From Ignavibacteriota bacterium (GTDB taxonomy: Bacteria; Bacteroidota; Ignavibacteria; Palsa-1295), in contig CAVZOL010000001.1 of the NCBI GenBank assembly GCA_963776895.1, forward strand, positions 89,321 through 153,320: a DNA stretch of 64,000 bases, read 5' to 3'. Positions 26,097 through 35,420 of this stretch are shown in pieces; position 1 is the first letter of the stretch, and each line of letters opens with the position of its first letter. The notes under the pieces are model-generated. The model was not told the DNA's origin. It saw only the letters and a program-made list of their open reading frames with translations, and did no database searches. The position numbers and the translations under genes were made by a program.

Positions 26097-27955
26097 TACG
26101 CCATCACCAATTCCCGCATATCGATCGCTTTGGGTATGATCGCATCGAATTTCTGCATATCCCATGCGAAGGTAGGGCAGCGTTCGGCGCAGAGGCCGCA
26201 GTGAACGCAGAGGTCTTCGTCCTTTGCCATGATGCGTCCGGTTTGCTTCAATGGTTCCGAAACGAAGAGTGCTTGCGAGAGATTGAGCGCCGGCGCGGAG
26301 AGGCGGGAGCGAAGTTCCATCTCATCATCTGAATCGCGCGTGATCGTCAGGCATTGTACTGGACATACATCTATACAGGCGTCGCACTCGATACACTTCG
26401 GCGCGAAGAAGACGGTCTCCATGTCGCAATTCAGGCAGCGCTGAACTTCATTCGCAGTTTGCTCGGCGGTAAAGCCAAGCTCGACTTCTGTTGTGAGATT
26501 CTTGAAGCGTTCGACAAGATCGACATGCTTCATCTTCTGCCGCGTCTCGGGATCGTAATTATTATTATACGACCATTCCGAAAGTCCCATCTTGGCAGAG
26601 ACGAGATTCATCCCGCGCTTCATGCGCTCAGTGACGGGAATGCCGAAGCAGTAATTATTGATCGAAATTGCAGCTTGATGCCCGTGCTCGACAGCCCAAA
26701 TGATATTCTTCGGCCCCCACGCAGCATCGCCGCCGAAAAACACGCCGGGCAGCGTTGACATATACGTCGTTTCGTCAACTTTGGGCATATCCCACTTGCC
26801 GAATTCCATACCGAGATCTTTTTCGATCCATGGGAATGCATTATCCTGACCGATAGCGAGAATAACGTCATCACATGGAAGGATCACGGTGTCGATGGTG
26901 CGCGATTCCGTTGCGCCTTCGTTCCATTCGAGACGTTCGAACTCCATTCCGACGAGCTTGCCATTTTCCATCACGAACCGTTTCGGTGCGTGATTGATAA
27001 CGATCTCGATCCCTTCTTCCTCAGCATCTTCCAGTTCCCACGGCGATGCTTTGAAATACTTTCGCGGACGGCGAGCCATTACCTTAATATCTTTTCCGCC
27101 AAGTCTGCGGGAGGAGCGGCAGCAATCCATTGCGGTATTGCCAACGCCGATAATGAGCACTTTCTCGCCAATGGATTTGATATGCTCAAAGGCAATGGAG
27201 AACAGCCAGTCAATTCCGATGTGAATATTCGCAGCAGCTTCCTGGCGACCGGGAATCTGCAGATCCTTCCCACGCGGTGCGCCGGAACCAATAAAGACGG
27301 CATCGAAATTTTCTTCGAGCATTGCTCTCATGCTCTTGATGGGAGTATTGTATTTCACATCCACGCCCATATCTACGATCATCGCGATCTCTTCATCGAG
27401 CACACCGGCGGGAAGGCGGAAGGAGGGGATATTCGAGCGCATGAGTCCACCCGGTTTATCCATTGCTTCGAAAATGGTTACTTCATATCCGAGCGGCATG
27501 AGGTCGTTCGCAACGGTGAGCGATGCAGGCCCCGCGCCGATGCAGGCAATGCGCTTGCCATTCTTTGCGGTCGGAATTTTCGGGAGCAGCATCGAAATGT
27601 CCTCGTCGCGGAGATCGGATGCGACGCGCTTTAAGCGGCAGATAGCGACGGGCTTTCCATCGACGCGGTCGCGGCGGCAGGCCGGCTCGCACGGGCGGTC
27701 GCAGGTGCGCCCGAGAATGCCGGGAAACACGTTCGACTCGCGGTTCAACATGTACGACTCGGTGTACTTGCCTTGCGCGATAAGGCGAATGTACTCCGGT
27801 ACATTCGTATGCGCGGGGCACGCCCATTGGCAATCAACTACTTTATGAAAATAATCCGGATTTTGCTGGTCGGTTGGCTTCACTTTAAAATTTTGTTCGT
27901 TATTGTGAGAACGAAGCGGAAAACAGCAGGGGGAGCGGGGACGTTCGCAAACCAA
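26096..27955 (-). CDS. GltD-like NAD(P)H-dependent oxidoreductase (glutamate synthase small-chain family) with C-terminal 2x[4Fe-4S] ferredoxin domain
   Basis: CPAHTNVPEYIRLIAQGKY, Rossmann motifs IACIGAGPASL and VLIIGVGNTAMDC, and C-terminal CIECDACIDVCP / CVHCGLCAERCP. The exact start is uncertain. Confidence 0.8.
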   Translation of the reverse strand: MVCERPRSPCCFPLRSHNNEQNFKVKPTDQQNPDYFHKVVDCQWACPAHTNVPEYIRLIAQGKYTESYMLNRESNVFPGILGRTCDRPCEPACRRDRVDGKPVAICRLKRVASDLRDEDISMLLPKIPTAKNGKRIACIGAGPASLTVANDLMPLGYEVTIFEAMDKPGGLMRSNIPSFRLPAGVLDEEIAMIVDMGVDVKYNTPIKSMRAMLEENFDAVFIGSGAPRGKDLQIPGRQEAAANIHIGIDWLFSIAFEHIKSIGEKVLIIGVGNTAMDCCRSSRRLGGKDIKVMARRPRKYFKASPWELEDAEEEGIEIVINHAPKRFVMENGKLVGMEFERLEWNEGATESRTIDTVILPCDDVILAIGQDNAFPWIEKDLGMEFGKWDMPKVDETTYMSTLPGVFFGGDAAWGPKNIIWAVEHGHQAAISINNYCFGIPVTERMKRGMNLVSAKMGLSEWSYNNNYDPETRQKMKHVDLVERFKNLTTEVELGFTAEQTANEVQRCLNCDMETVFFAPKCIECDACIDVCPVQCLTITRDSDDEMELRSRLSAPALNLSQALFVSEPLKQTGRIMAKDEDLCVHCGLCAERCPTFAWDMQKFDAIIPKAIDMRELVMA

Positions 27956-27986
27956 TTTATATTCAGATGAGGCGAAAATCCCGACA

Positions 27987-30107
27987 CTATCTTTGTAGTA
28001 CGATCTTGCTTATCCGCTTCACGCTCCCACCCTGAAGTTCGAGCCGATATGCACCATTCGCAATACCTGTAAGATCAAGCTGAAACCGCTGCCCATTCGT
28101 GGTTATCGTTCGATGCCAGACGGTTGCGCCTGTTTCGGAAATAAGGCTTGCTTCGGTCACGCCAGAGAGATCGGGACAAGAGACGGTGATAATATTCGAT
28201 GATGGGTTGGGATAAACGGAGATTGAGTCGGATGGTTGATTTGTGCTTGCTACGCTTAACGAAGGTATCATCTCCGCAAGCGAGCGGCGCCAAACGCCGG
28301 AAGATGCCGTGCCAGCAAGTAGCTCATTTCCTTGTACCGCAAGAGAGACAACCATCGAATCGCCTAAACCCAAGTTCTCACGCGTCCAACTGGTACCGTA
28401 GTCGGTAGTGAGGAAAATTCCATCGCTGTCAGTTGCTACAAAAAGATTGTCCCCAACCGAGGCAAAAGTTTCGATTTCCCCTCGGGGGGGAACGGATGTA
28501 TCTATAGTGCGATGCCACGAGACAGAAGTGTCATCGGACATAAAAAGGGCACCTTTGTCAAGGTTTGTCCTGCCTAAGCGATTTGAAAATAATTTAGTTC
28601 CGGCTGACCCAATAGTATTAATTGCGAGTTGTTGAATAAATGGTATGCCTGAATCCGATTCATTCCATGTGATTCCATCGTTATTAGAAACAAAAATACC
28701 GATATTCGTTGAAGCGAAGATGCTGGAACCGAAATTCAAGAAATTATAAATATAAGCTTTAAGCGAAAGATTCCAAGATTCTCCTTGATTCAGTGACCAA
28801 TAGACATTATCTTCTCCGCCTGCGAGTAAATTATTCCCTGATCGAATCAGTGTATAGACGGAGTAGTCTGTCATCGGCTCGCCTATCACATCCCAATAAT
28901 TCCCAAGATCAGAGGAAACAAGCAAAGAGGAAAATGGAGACCAGTTGGATGCTCCTGCGAATAGATTTCCTCCGTCAAGCAGTAGAGAGGTAAAATTGGA
29001 TAAGAGGAAAGGATTATCCTTCATTTGCCAAGATACGCCGTTATCGACACTTACGAAGATTCCCTCATTCGTTGCAACTACCGTTGTATCATTGACGGAC
29101 GTAATACAATTCACAGATGTATTAAGAAGTCCTTGATTACATTGGGACCATGTTACTCCACTATCGGAAGATCGATAAATGCCATAGCCAGTGAACCCAG
29201 CAAGAAGTTCGGTGTCGACGGACGCAATGGTATTCACTTTCACTCCATTTGGAAGTCCATACGATGCAAGCTGCCATGATTGGGCAGTATCGATCGAACA
29301 ATAAATTGATCCATCGGATCCTATTGTAAAAATTTCATTTCCAAGCGTAGCGAAGATGCCACCAAAGTAGTAATTATTCTTTGGTTCTGGAAGTCCGTTG
29401 TTAGCGGATTCCCAGCTAAAACCTTCGTCAAATGACCGACGAATACCCAAATTCTCATCGTATGCAATAAGTACATTCCCGATGTTGGCTAATGCAGTAA
29501 TGCTCCAAGCAGTATCGGAAGGAGATATTCCTGTTACGGTCCATGTGGAACCGTCGTTCGTTGTTGTCGTAACCCACCTCCCTGCAGCATAGGTAGTGGA
29601 ATCGATAGTTATAAAACATCCGGGATTACTAAAATTAGTGAGATCGGTATCGGCCTTGATCCATTTAGTTCCATTCTCCGTTCCTAAAAAAAGATAACCC
29701 GCTGCGGGTACGAAAACCGCATCTCTACTGGCTCCTAATGAAGTAATGGAGAACTCAAGATCGGCTGGAAAACCAAGTGAAATATGAGTCCAAGTGGACC
29801 CACTATCAGTGGAACAAAATATTTTATACCACTCCGTTCCAGCAAACAAGTTTGAACCCTGAGACTGCAAGGCAAGAACATAAGGATTCTCTGGCAACTC
29901 CGATGTTCTGCGATTCCAGCTTGAACCCCCGTCTGTCGATTCGAAGACGCCTCCATAGGTACCAATGAATATTGCGTTGCCAATATGAGTAATACTATAA
30001 ACCGACGCCCCATACGGCCCATTTGTTTGCACCCACTGTGCTCGCGCCACGCTCGTGTGGAGCGCGGCGGAAAGCACGATCATCGAGAGGTAGAAGAGAC
30101 GTTTCAT
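27987..30107 (-). CDS. Secreted BNR/Asp-box multi-repeat (double beta-propeller, sortilin/GH74-like) protein with T9SS C-terminal sorting domain (BNR1)
   Basis: Signal peptide MKRLFYLSMIVLSAALHTSVARAQW. At least 12 SxDxGxxW-type boxes (STDGGSSW, STDSGSTW, SSDSGVTW, TTDYGTSW...). C-terminus VYPNPSSNIITV...GAYRLEL...IVLQR is Por_Secre_tail-like. Confidence 0.8.
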   Translation of the reverse strand: MKRLFYLSMIVLSAALHTSVARAQWVQTNGPYGASVYSITHIGNAIFIGTYGGVFESTDGGSSWNRRTSELPENPYVLALQSQGSNLFAGTEWYKIFCSTDSGSTWTHISLGFPADLEFSITSLGASRDAVFVPAAGYLFLGTENGTKWIKADTDLTNFSNPGCFITIDSTTYAAGRWVTTTTNDGSTWTVTGISPSDTAWSITALANIGNVLIAYDENLGIRRSFDEGFSWESANNGLPEPKNNYYFGGIFATLGNEIFTIGSDGSIYCSIDTAQSWQLASYGLPNGVKVNTIASVDTELLAGFTGYGIYRSSDSGVTWSQCNQGLLNTSVNCITSVNDTTVVATNEGIFVSVDNGVSWQMKDNPFLLSNFTSLLLDGGNLFAGASNWSPFSSLLVSSDLGNYWDVIGEPMTDYSVYTLIRSGNNLLAGGEDNVYWSLNQGESWNLSLKAYIYNFLNFGSSIFASTNIGIFVSNNDGITWNESDSGIPFIQQLAINTIGSAGTKLFSNRLGRTNLDKGALFMSDDTSVSWHRTIDTSVPPRGEIETFASVGDNLFVATDSDGIFLTTDYGTSWTRENLGLGDSMVVSLAVQGNELLAGTASSGVWRRSLAEMIPSLSVASTNQPSDSISVYPNPSSNIITVSCPDLSGVTEASLISETGATVWHRTITTNGQRFQLDLTGIANGAYRLELQGGSVKRISKIVLQR

Positions 30108-30129
30108 CCGAAACATTCTCAGCAGATTC

Positions 30130-31632
30130 CTAACGTTGCAGCACGATCGGTATCGTTTGCTGCATATTACCCGAACGAAGCGCCAGGCGATACGAGCCGT
30201 TGCTTATGCCAGAGAAATTGAGCTGCAGTTTGCCATCGGAGTTCAGTGTTTGCTTCCAAACCGTTACTCCGTTTTCCGAGATCAGGCTTGCATCGGTCGA
30301 GCCGGTAAAATCAGGACATACAATGTTGACATTGCCGGAAGCGGGATTCGGATATGCCGAAACATTACCCGAGATCACGTAGCCATCCTCGACGATCGCA
30401 GGTGGGCCGGGATCTTGAAACGCCGAATCAGAAACGAAAGAAACGTCAGTCAGGCTGTTGAGAAACGCTTCGAGATCTGTCATTTCTGAACTGGTCAGGC
30501 CGAGCGGTTTAATTCGGGGATCTTGATTCGTTACGATGTCGCCACGTCCGGCATTGCCACCCATATTATAATTTGCGATCACCTGCGACAAAGAAGCGAC
30601 AGTTCCGTCGGCTCCATACGGGGCATGGAGCGCAACGTTACGGAGCGAGGGAGTGCGGAATTTTCCAATGTCGCTCGAATCGCCGGTGACCGCTGCGCGT
30701 CCGGGATCGACACCCTCCCGGAGCGTATCGGCCACCGTATCGAACCCGTATCCACCATTTGGTACACCGGGTACCGTGGATTCAAAGGTTCCCGTCCGGT
30801 AATAATTATTATCGGTAAAGATATTAGCTGCCGCAAACGAGGCTTTGGAACCGAGATTATTATGGCACTCGGAGCAATTCGTTTTCGTGGTGTCGAAAAA
30901 GAGATTCATCCCGCGAATGGACGAGGAATCCATCGCGGCAGTGTATCCATTCACATATTGATCGTAAGGACTGTTGCCGCTGATAAGGCACCGCTCGAAC
31001 GTTGCAATAGCCATTGCGATGCGGTCGAGCGTGATCGTGGGATCGCCAAAGGCCTGCGTGAACATGGCGGTGTAAACCGGATTGCTTGCAAGGATGGGGA
31101 AGATCACGGTCGTATCTCCTTGCAAATCGCCTTTTTTCTGAACGGCAATTTCCACTTGATCTTCAAGTGTTTGAATGTGGCCGTCCCAGGTGAGCACGGT
31201 ATCGTAGCCGACATTCATCAGTCGCGGGACATCTCGCACGGGCTGCGACTGGACACCAAATGCCCCGCTATGGGAACCAATGCCCTGAGCATTACCGGAA
31301 GCGAAACTGACATAAACATCATGGCACGAGCTGCACGATGTTTGACCATCGCCACTGAGCGCCGTTTCATAAAAAAGCTGACGGCCCAGCACGAATTTTT
31401 CCTGCGTGATCGGATTATTTGCCGGAGTAGGCGGCGCAGGCCATCCTGGCGGAAGCACCAGCGGAGTGCTCAAGGTATGGGCAGGCAGCGAAAGCGGGGC
31501 TGGCTGCCGAAAGGCAACCAAGCTAACGACTGCAAGAACCGCAGCAGGAAGAAGTAAAAACCTTCCCGTACGGAGCGACCGCGCAAGAATGCGAGAAGAA
31601 GAAAACGACTGACCGACACTGACCTTAGACAT
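30130..31632 (-). CDS. Di-haem cytochrome c peroxidase/MauG-family protein with T9SS C-terminal sorting domain (CCP1)
   Basis: Two CXXCH motifs (CSSCH, CSECH). Family motifs [45 protein letters not shown]-terminus AYPNPASGNVNIV...GSYRLAL...IVLQR. Confidence 0.85.
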   Translation of the reverse strand: MSKVSVGQSFSSSRILARSLRTGRFLLLPAAVLAVVSLVAFRQPAPLSLPAHTLSTPLVLPPGWPAPPTPANNPITQEKFVLGRQLFYETALSGDGQTSCSSCHDVYVSFASGNAQGIGSHSGAFGVQSQPVRDVPRLMNVGYDTVLTWDGHIQTLEDQVEIAVQKKGDLQGDTTVIFPILASNPVYTAMFTQAFGDPTITLDRIAMAIATFERCLISGNSPYDQYVNGYTAAMDSSSIRGMNLFFDTTKTNCSECHNNLGSKASFAAANIFTDNNYYRTGTFESTVPGVPNGGYGFDTVADTLREGVDPGRAAVTGDSSDIGKFRTPSLRNVALHAPYGADGTVASLSQVIANYNMGGNAGRGDIVTNQDPRIKPLGLTSSEMTDLEAFLNSLTDVSFVSDSAFQDPGPPAIVEDGYVISGNVSAYPNPASGNVNIVCPDFTGSTDASLISENGVTVWKQTLNSDGKLQLNFSGISNGSYRLALRSGNMQQTIPIVLQR

Positions 31633-31732
31633 AAATTGCTCTCTTTCTAAAAAAGTTTTTGAAAACCTATGCTTATCCGAATACTTATGCTAATCCGAAA
31701 ATCTATGAAAACCTTTCTTGATCCGTTTACTC

Positions 31733-33880
31733 TCAATGTTGAATAACGATGTTACGTGCAACCTGGTTCTGCCCCTCGGCAACAAATTCGAGTTGATATG
31801 CCCCATTGGCAACACCGGTTAAATCCACTTTGAATGGCTGCCCGTTCGTGACAAGCGTTCGGCGCCAAACGACTTCACCCGTTTCAGAAATGAGGCTTGC
31901 TTCGGTCGCTCCATTGAGATCGGGGCAGGAAACAGTTAAAATACTCGATGCCGGGTCGGGATAAACAGAGATCACTTCCGATGGTTGATTTGTGCTTGCT
32001 ACGCTTAACGAAGGTATCATCTCCGCGAGCGGGCGGCGCCACACGCCGGAAGAGGCAGTGCCTGCAAGAAGTTCATTTCCTTGCACGGTAAGAGAGATAA
32101 CGTTTGTATCGCTTAATCCTAAATTTTCGCTTGCCCAGGTTGCACCGCTATCGCTGGTGAGAAAAATTCCGGCGCTATCGGTCGCAACGAATAATGTCGT
32201 TCCGTACGATGCAAAACACGTAACATATCCCTTCGGCGGAATGGAGGTATCTTCGGCAGGGTGCCACGTCATTCCGGCATCGTCAGAAAAGAATATGGAT
32301 CCTGTATAGTGAGGGTACGATCCGCTTGTGCCTACCCAAAATCGGGTTCCAGCTATCCCAACACATTGAACGGAAGGCTGGTACTTATAGGAAGTTCCAT
32401 TTTGCGTCAAAAACTCGTTCGATAAGGCCCAAGTATTTCCATTAGAATAGGAAGTATAGATGCCCACGCTTGTCGCAGCGATAAGTGTGGACTGTAGGCT
32501 CTCCATTCCAAGGACAACAATTTCCGTATCGGCGGAGACCTTTGGCTGGGTCCATTCCGTCCCTTCGTTTGTCGATTCGAAAAATCCAGCAGTGTAGTTA
32601 AAAGGATAGCCTCCCGCAATCAGATTAGGTCCGCTTCGAGTAAGGGCGTTAATGTCAAACCCATTGATCAACGTGTCTGCATTCCAGGTTTCTCCCCAGT
32701 CTGTCGATGAAAAAAGAGATGGGGAATTTTGCCCTCCCAGTGTGCCTACAAAAAGAGTGTTGCCATCGATCAAAAGGGATCGAATATTATAATTTGTCAT
32801 TCCATTTAGTTTGGACTGCCACGTAGCACCATTATCCACACTAAAGAATAGACCCGTATTCGCTCCGGCCATTATTGTGTCACCGGTGCTCGCAATAACA
32901 TTAACGCTGGTATTACTAAGTCCCTGACTGCATTGCGACCATGTCTGTCCGCTATCGAAAGAGCAAAACATGCCTAAGCTATACATGCCTGCGAAAATCA
33001 CGTTATTATTGAAAGCAAGCGAACTGATTTCGACGCCGTTTGACAATCCGGATTCAGAAATTTGCCATGTTGTTCCGCTGTCTGTACTTTTATAAATGAG
33101 ACCACCATTAGTACCGGCGAAGAGTTCAGAGCCGACTGAAGCTAAGCATTGAATAGAAGCGAATGACGAAACGGGCGGGCTTGAGGTAGTCCATGTTGCG
33201 CCAGAGTTTGTTGAGCGCAACACACCGGTGGCACCGTCATCGACAAAAAGTATATTGTTGATGTTGGTCATTGCAAGAATATCCCATGAGTTGTTGCCAT
33301 TCGATGTGGAGATTACATTCCAGGTCAAGCCATGATCGGTCGTTTGAGTAATCCAATTGCCAGTGAAGTACGTGGCGGAGTCGACGGTTAAGACTGCATG
33401 AGGATTTGAAAATTTCGTGAGATTAGTATCGAGAAGTGTCCATGTATTACCATCATTTGAGCTGATATAACTATCGGAACCATTAGGAATGAAAAGTGTG
33501 TGATCATCCGATCCTAATGCTTGAACACTAAACGAATGTGGCAATCCCGTCGAAACGGAACTCCATGTTGCTCCACTATCGGTTGATTTATAAACACCAT
33601 TCCCATACGTTCCAGCAAAGATATTGGAACCGCGAGTAGTAAGTGGTTCAAAGTAGGAACTTGCTGGTAATCCATTACTTTTTCTCTGCCAACTCGTACC
33701 CGAATCCGTCGATTCGAATACTCCACGACCCGTTCCAATGAAAATATTATTTCCAAATGGTGTAATACAATAAACCCACCCCCCATACGGCCCATTCGTT
33801 TGCACCCACTGCGCTGGCGCCGCGCTCGTGTGGAGCGCGGCGGAGCATAGGATCATCGAGAGGCAGAAAAAGCGTTTCAT
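31733..33880 (-). CDS. BNR/Asp-box double-propeller protein with T9SS sorting domain (BNR2, paralog of BNR1)
   Basis: MKRFFCLSMILCSAALHTSAAPAQW, many SxDxGxTW boxes, C-terminus VYPDPASSILTV...IVIQH. A 47-nt run (31980-32026) is identical to 28231-28277. Confidence 0.8.
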   Translation of the reverse strand: MKRFFCLSMILCSAALHTSAAPAQWVQTNGPYGGWVYCITPFGNNIFIGTGRGVFESTDSGTSWQRKSNGLPASSYFEPLTTRGSNIFAGTYGNGVYKSTDSGATWSSVSTGLPHSFSVQALGSDDHTLFIPNGSDSYISSNDGNTWTLLDTNLTKFSNPHAVLTVDSATYFTGNWITQTTDHGLTWNVISTSNGNNSWDILAMTNINNILFVDDGATGVLRSTNSGATWTTSSPPVSSFASIQCLASVGSELFAGTNGGLIYKSTDSGTTWQISESGLSNGVEISSLAFNNNVIFAGMYSLGMFCSFDSGQTWSQCSQGLSNTSVNVIASTGDTIMAGANTGLFFSVDNGATWQSKLNGMTNYNIRSLLIDGNTLFVGTLGGQNSPSLFSSTDWGETWNADTLINGFDINALTRSGPNLIAGGYPFNYTAGFFESTNEGTEWTQPKVSADTEIVVLGMESLQSTLIAATSVGIYTSYSNGNTWALSNEFLTQNGTSYKYQPSVQCVGIAGTRFWVGTSGSYPHYTGSIFFSDDAGMTWHPAEDTSIPPKGYVTCFASYGTTLFVATDSAGIFLTSDSGATWASENLGLSDTNVISLTVQGNELLAGTASSGVWRRPLAEMIPSLSVASTNQPSEVISVYPDPASSILTVSCPDLNGATEASLISETGEVVWRRTLVTNGQPFKVDLTGVANGAYQLEFVAEGQNQVARNIVIQH

Positions 33881-33891
33881 ACGAAAATTTC

Positions 33892-35316
33892 TTATCGCTG
33901 GAGCACGATCGGTATTGATTGTTGTATATTGCTCGAACGAAGTACAAGGCGATAGGAGCCATTGCTTATGCCGGAGAAATTAAGCTGCAGTTTGCCATCG
34001 GAGTTAAGCGATTGGTGCCAAATCGTTGCTCCGTTTTCGGAAACAAGCGTTGCATCGGCCGAGCCGCTGAAATCAGGGCATTCAATGTTGACGGTGCCGG
34101 AAGCGGGATTCGGATATGCCGAAAGATCACCGGAGACCACGTAACCATCTTCGACAATAGCAGGCGGTCCCGGATCCTGGAAGTTCGGATTATTGATAAA
34201 CGATGAATCTGTCAGGCTTTGCAGAAACGCAAGAAGGTCGGTTTCGTTTTGCGACGTCAAATGGAGGGGAGTGAGTCGAGGATCGACATTGGAACCTCGG
34301 GCAGCAGCGCCATTATTATAGTTCTCTATCACGTCTTCGAGAGAACCCACAGACCCATCTGCTCCGTAAGGGCCATAGATCCCAACATTGCGGAGTGTTG
34401 GAGTGCGGAATTTCCCAAAGTCAAGGGAATCCAAGGTAACATCTTCGCGTCCGGAATCGATTTTCCCATGTTGGTAATAGAGCAGCACGGAACCGGTAGC
34501 GTAGAAGTCATTATCCGAAAAAAGGTTACCGACAGCATTCGTGCTAATTCCATTCACGCCGCCATGACATTGGGAACAATGATTATTCGTATCGAAGAAC
34601 AAGGTCATTCCGCGAATGGCGGAAGCCGAGAGCGCGGACGTATTTCCATTTAGATACTGGTCGTAGTAACTATTACCGCTGACGAGGCAGCGCACAAAGG
34701 TTGCGATGGCCATGGTGATACGATCCACGTTGATCGTGGGATCCCCAAACGCATTAGTGAACATCGCCACATAAGCCGGGTTGCTCGAAAGCTTGGTAAA
34801 GACTTCATTCGTATCGGCTTGGAGATCGCCCACTCGGAGGAGTGCCATCTGAGCCTGTTCTTCCAGCGTGTGCGCATGCCCATCCCAAAAGAGCACGGTG
34901 TCGTATCCAACGTTGACGAGCCGGGGTGCATGACGTATCGTGCTGGAAACCCCGAACGCTCCCGGCATCCCCGGAATAGTGTCGGAAAAACTTAGCGCTT
35001 GCTGATGGCAGGTTCCACACGATGTTTTTCCGTCCCCGCTCAACGCCACTTCATAAAAAAGTTGACGGCCAAGCGTGAATTTTTCCCGCGTGATCGGATT
35101 ATCTGCCGGAGTGGGCGGCGCAGACCATCCCGACGGAAGCACCAGCGGATCGCTTAGTGTATGGGCCGGCAATGAAAGCACGGCTGGTTGTCGAAAGGCA
35201 ACCAAGCTAACTATCGCAAGTAATGCGACGGGTAGAAGTAAGAATGGCGCGCTGCGGCGAGAATGAAGCAATAGACGGGAAGATACACGAGAAAGACCGA
35301 CCGAAAAACTGGACAT
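33892..35316 (-). CDS. Di-haem cytochrome c peroxidase/MauG-family protein with T9SS sorting domain (CCP2, paralog of CCP1)
   Basis: CGTCH and CSQCH. Start set at MSSFSVGLSR by alignment with CCP1 (MSKVSVGQSF). C-terminus AYPNPASGTVNIE...IVLQR. Confidence 0.85.
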   Translation of the reverse strand: MSSFSVGLSRVSSRLLLHSRRSAPFLLLPVALLAIVSLVAFRQPAVLSLPAHTLSDPLVLPSGWSAPPTPADNPITREKFTLGRQLFYEVALSGDGKTSCGTCHQQALSFSDTIPGMPGAFGVSSTIRHAPRLVNVGYDTVLFWDGHAHTLEEQAQMALLRVGDLQADTNEVFTKLSSNPAYVAMFTNAFGDPTINVDRITMAIATFVRCLVSGNSYYDQYLNGNTSALSASAIRGMTLFFDTNNHCSQCHGGVNGISTNAVGNLFSDNDFYATGSVLLYYQHGKIDSGREDVTLDSLDFGKFRTPTLRNVGIYGPYGADGSVGSLEDVIENYNNGAAARGSNVDPRLTPLHLTSQNETDLLAFLQSLTDSSFINNPNFQDPGPPAIVEDGYVVSGDLSAYPNPASGTVNIECPDFSGSADATLVSENGATIWHQSLNSDGKLQLNFSGISNGSYRLVLRSSNIQQSIPIVLQR

Positions 35317-35420
35317 AATACGCTCCTGGTAAAAAATATGAAGAAAGTAAATCCTCTCAGTAGTTAAAACGCACAGGGTCGCTTGGGTTACAAAAAAATA
35401 TAATGAATAATTCAACATTC

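Noticed and set aside
27987-33880. BNR1/BNR2 near-identical segments as the target and template of a diversity-generating retroelement.
   Set aside because: - No reverse transcriptase gene is in the window.
- The differences between the copies are not adenine-specific.
- The pattern fits an ordinary tandem duplication with patches of gene conversion.
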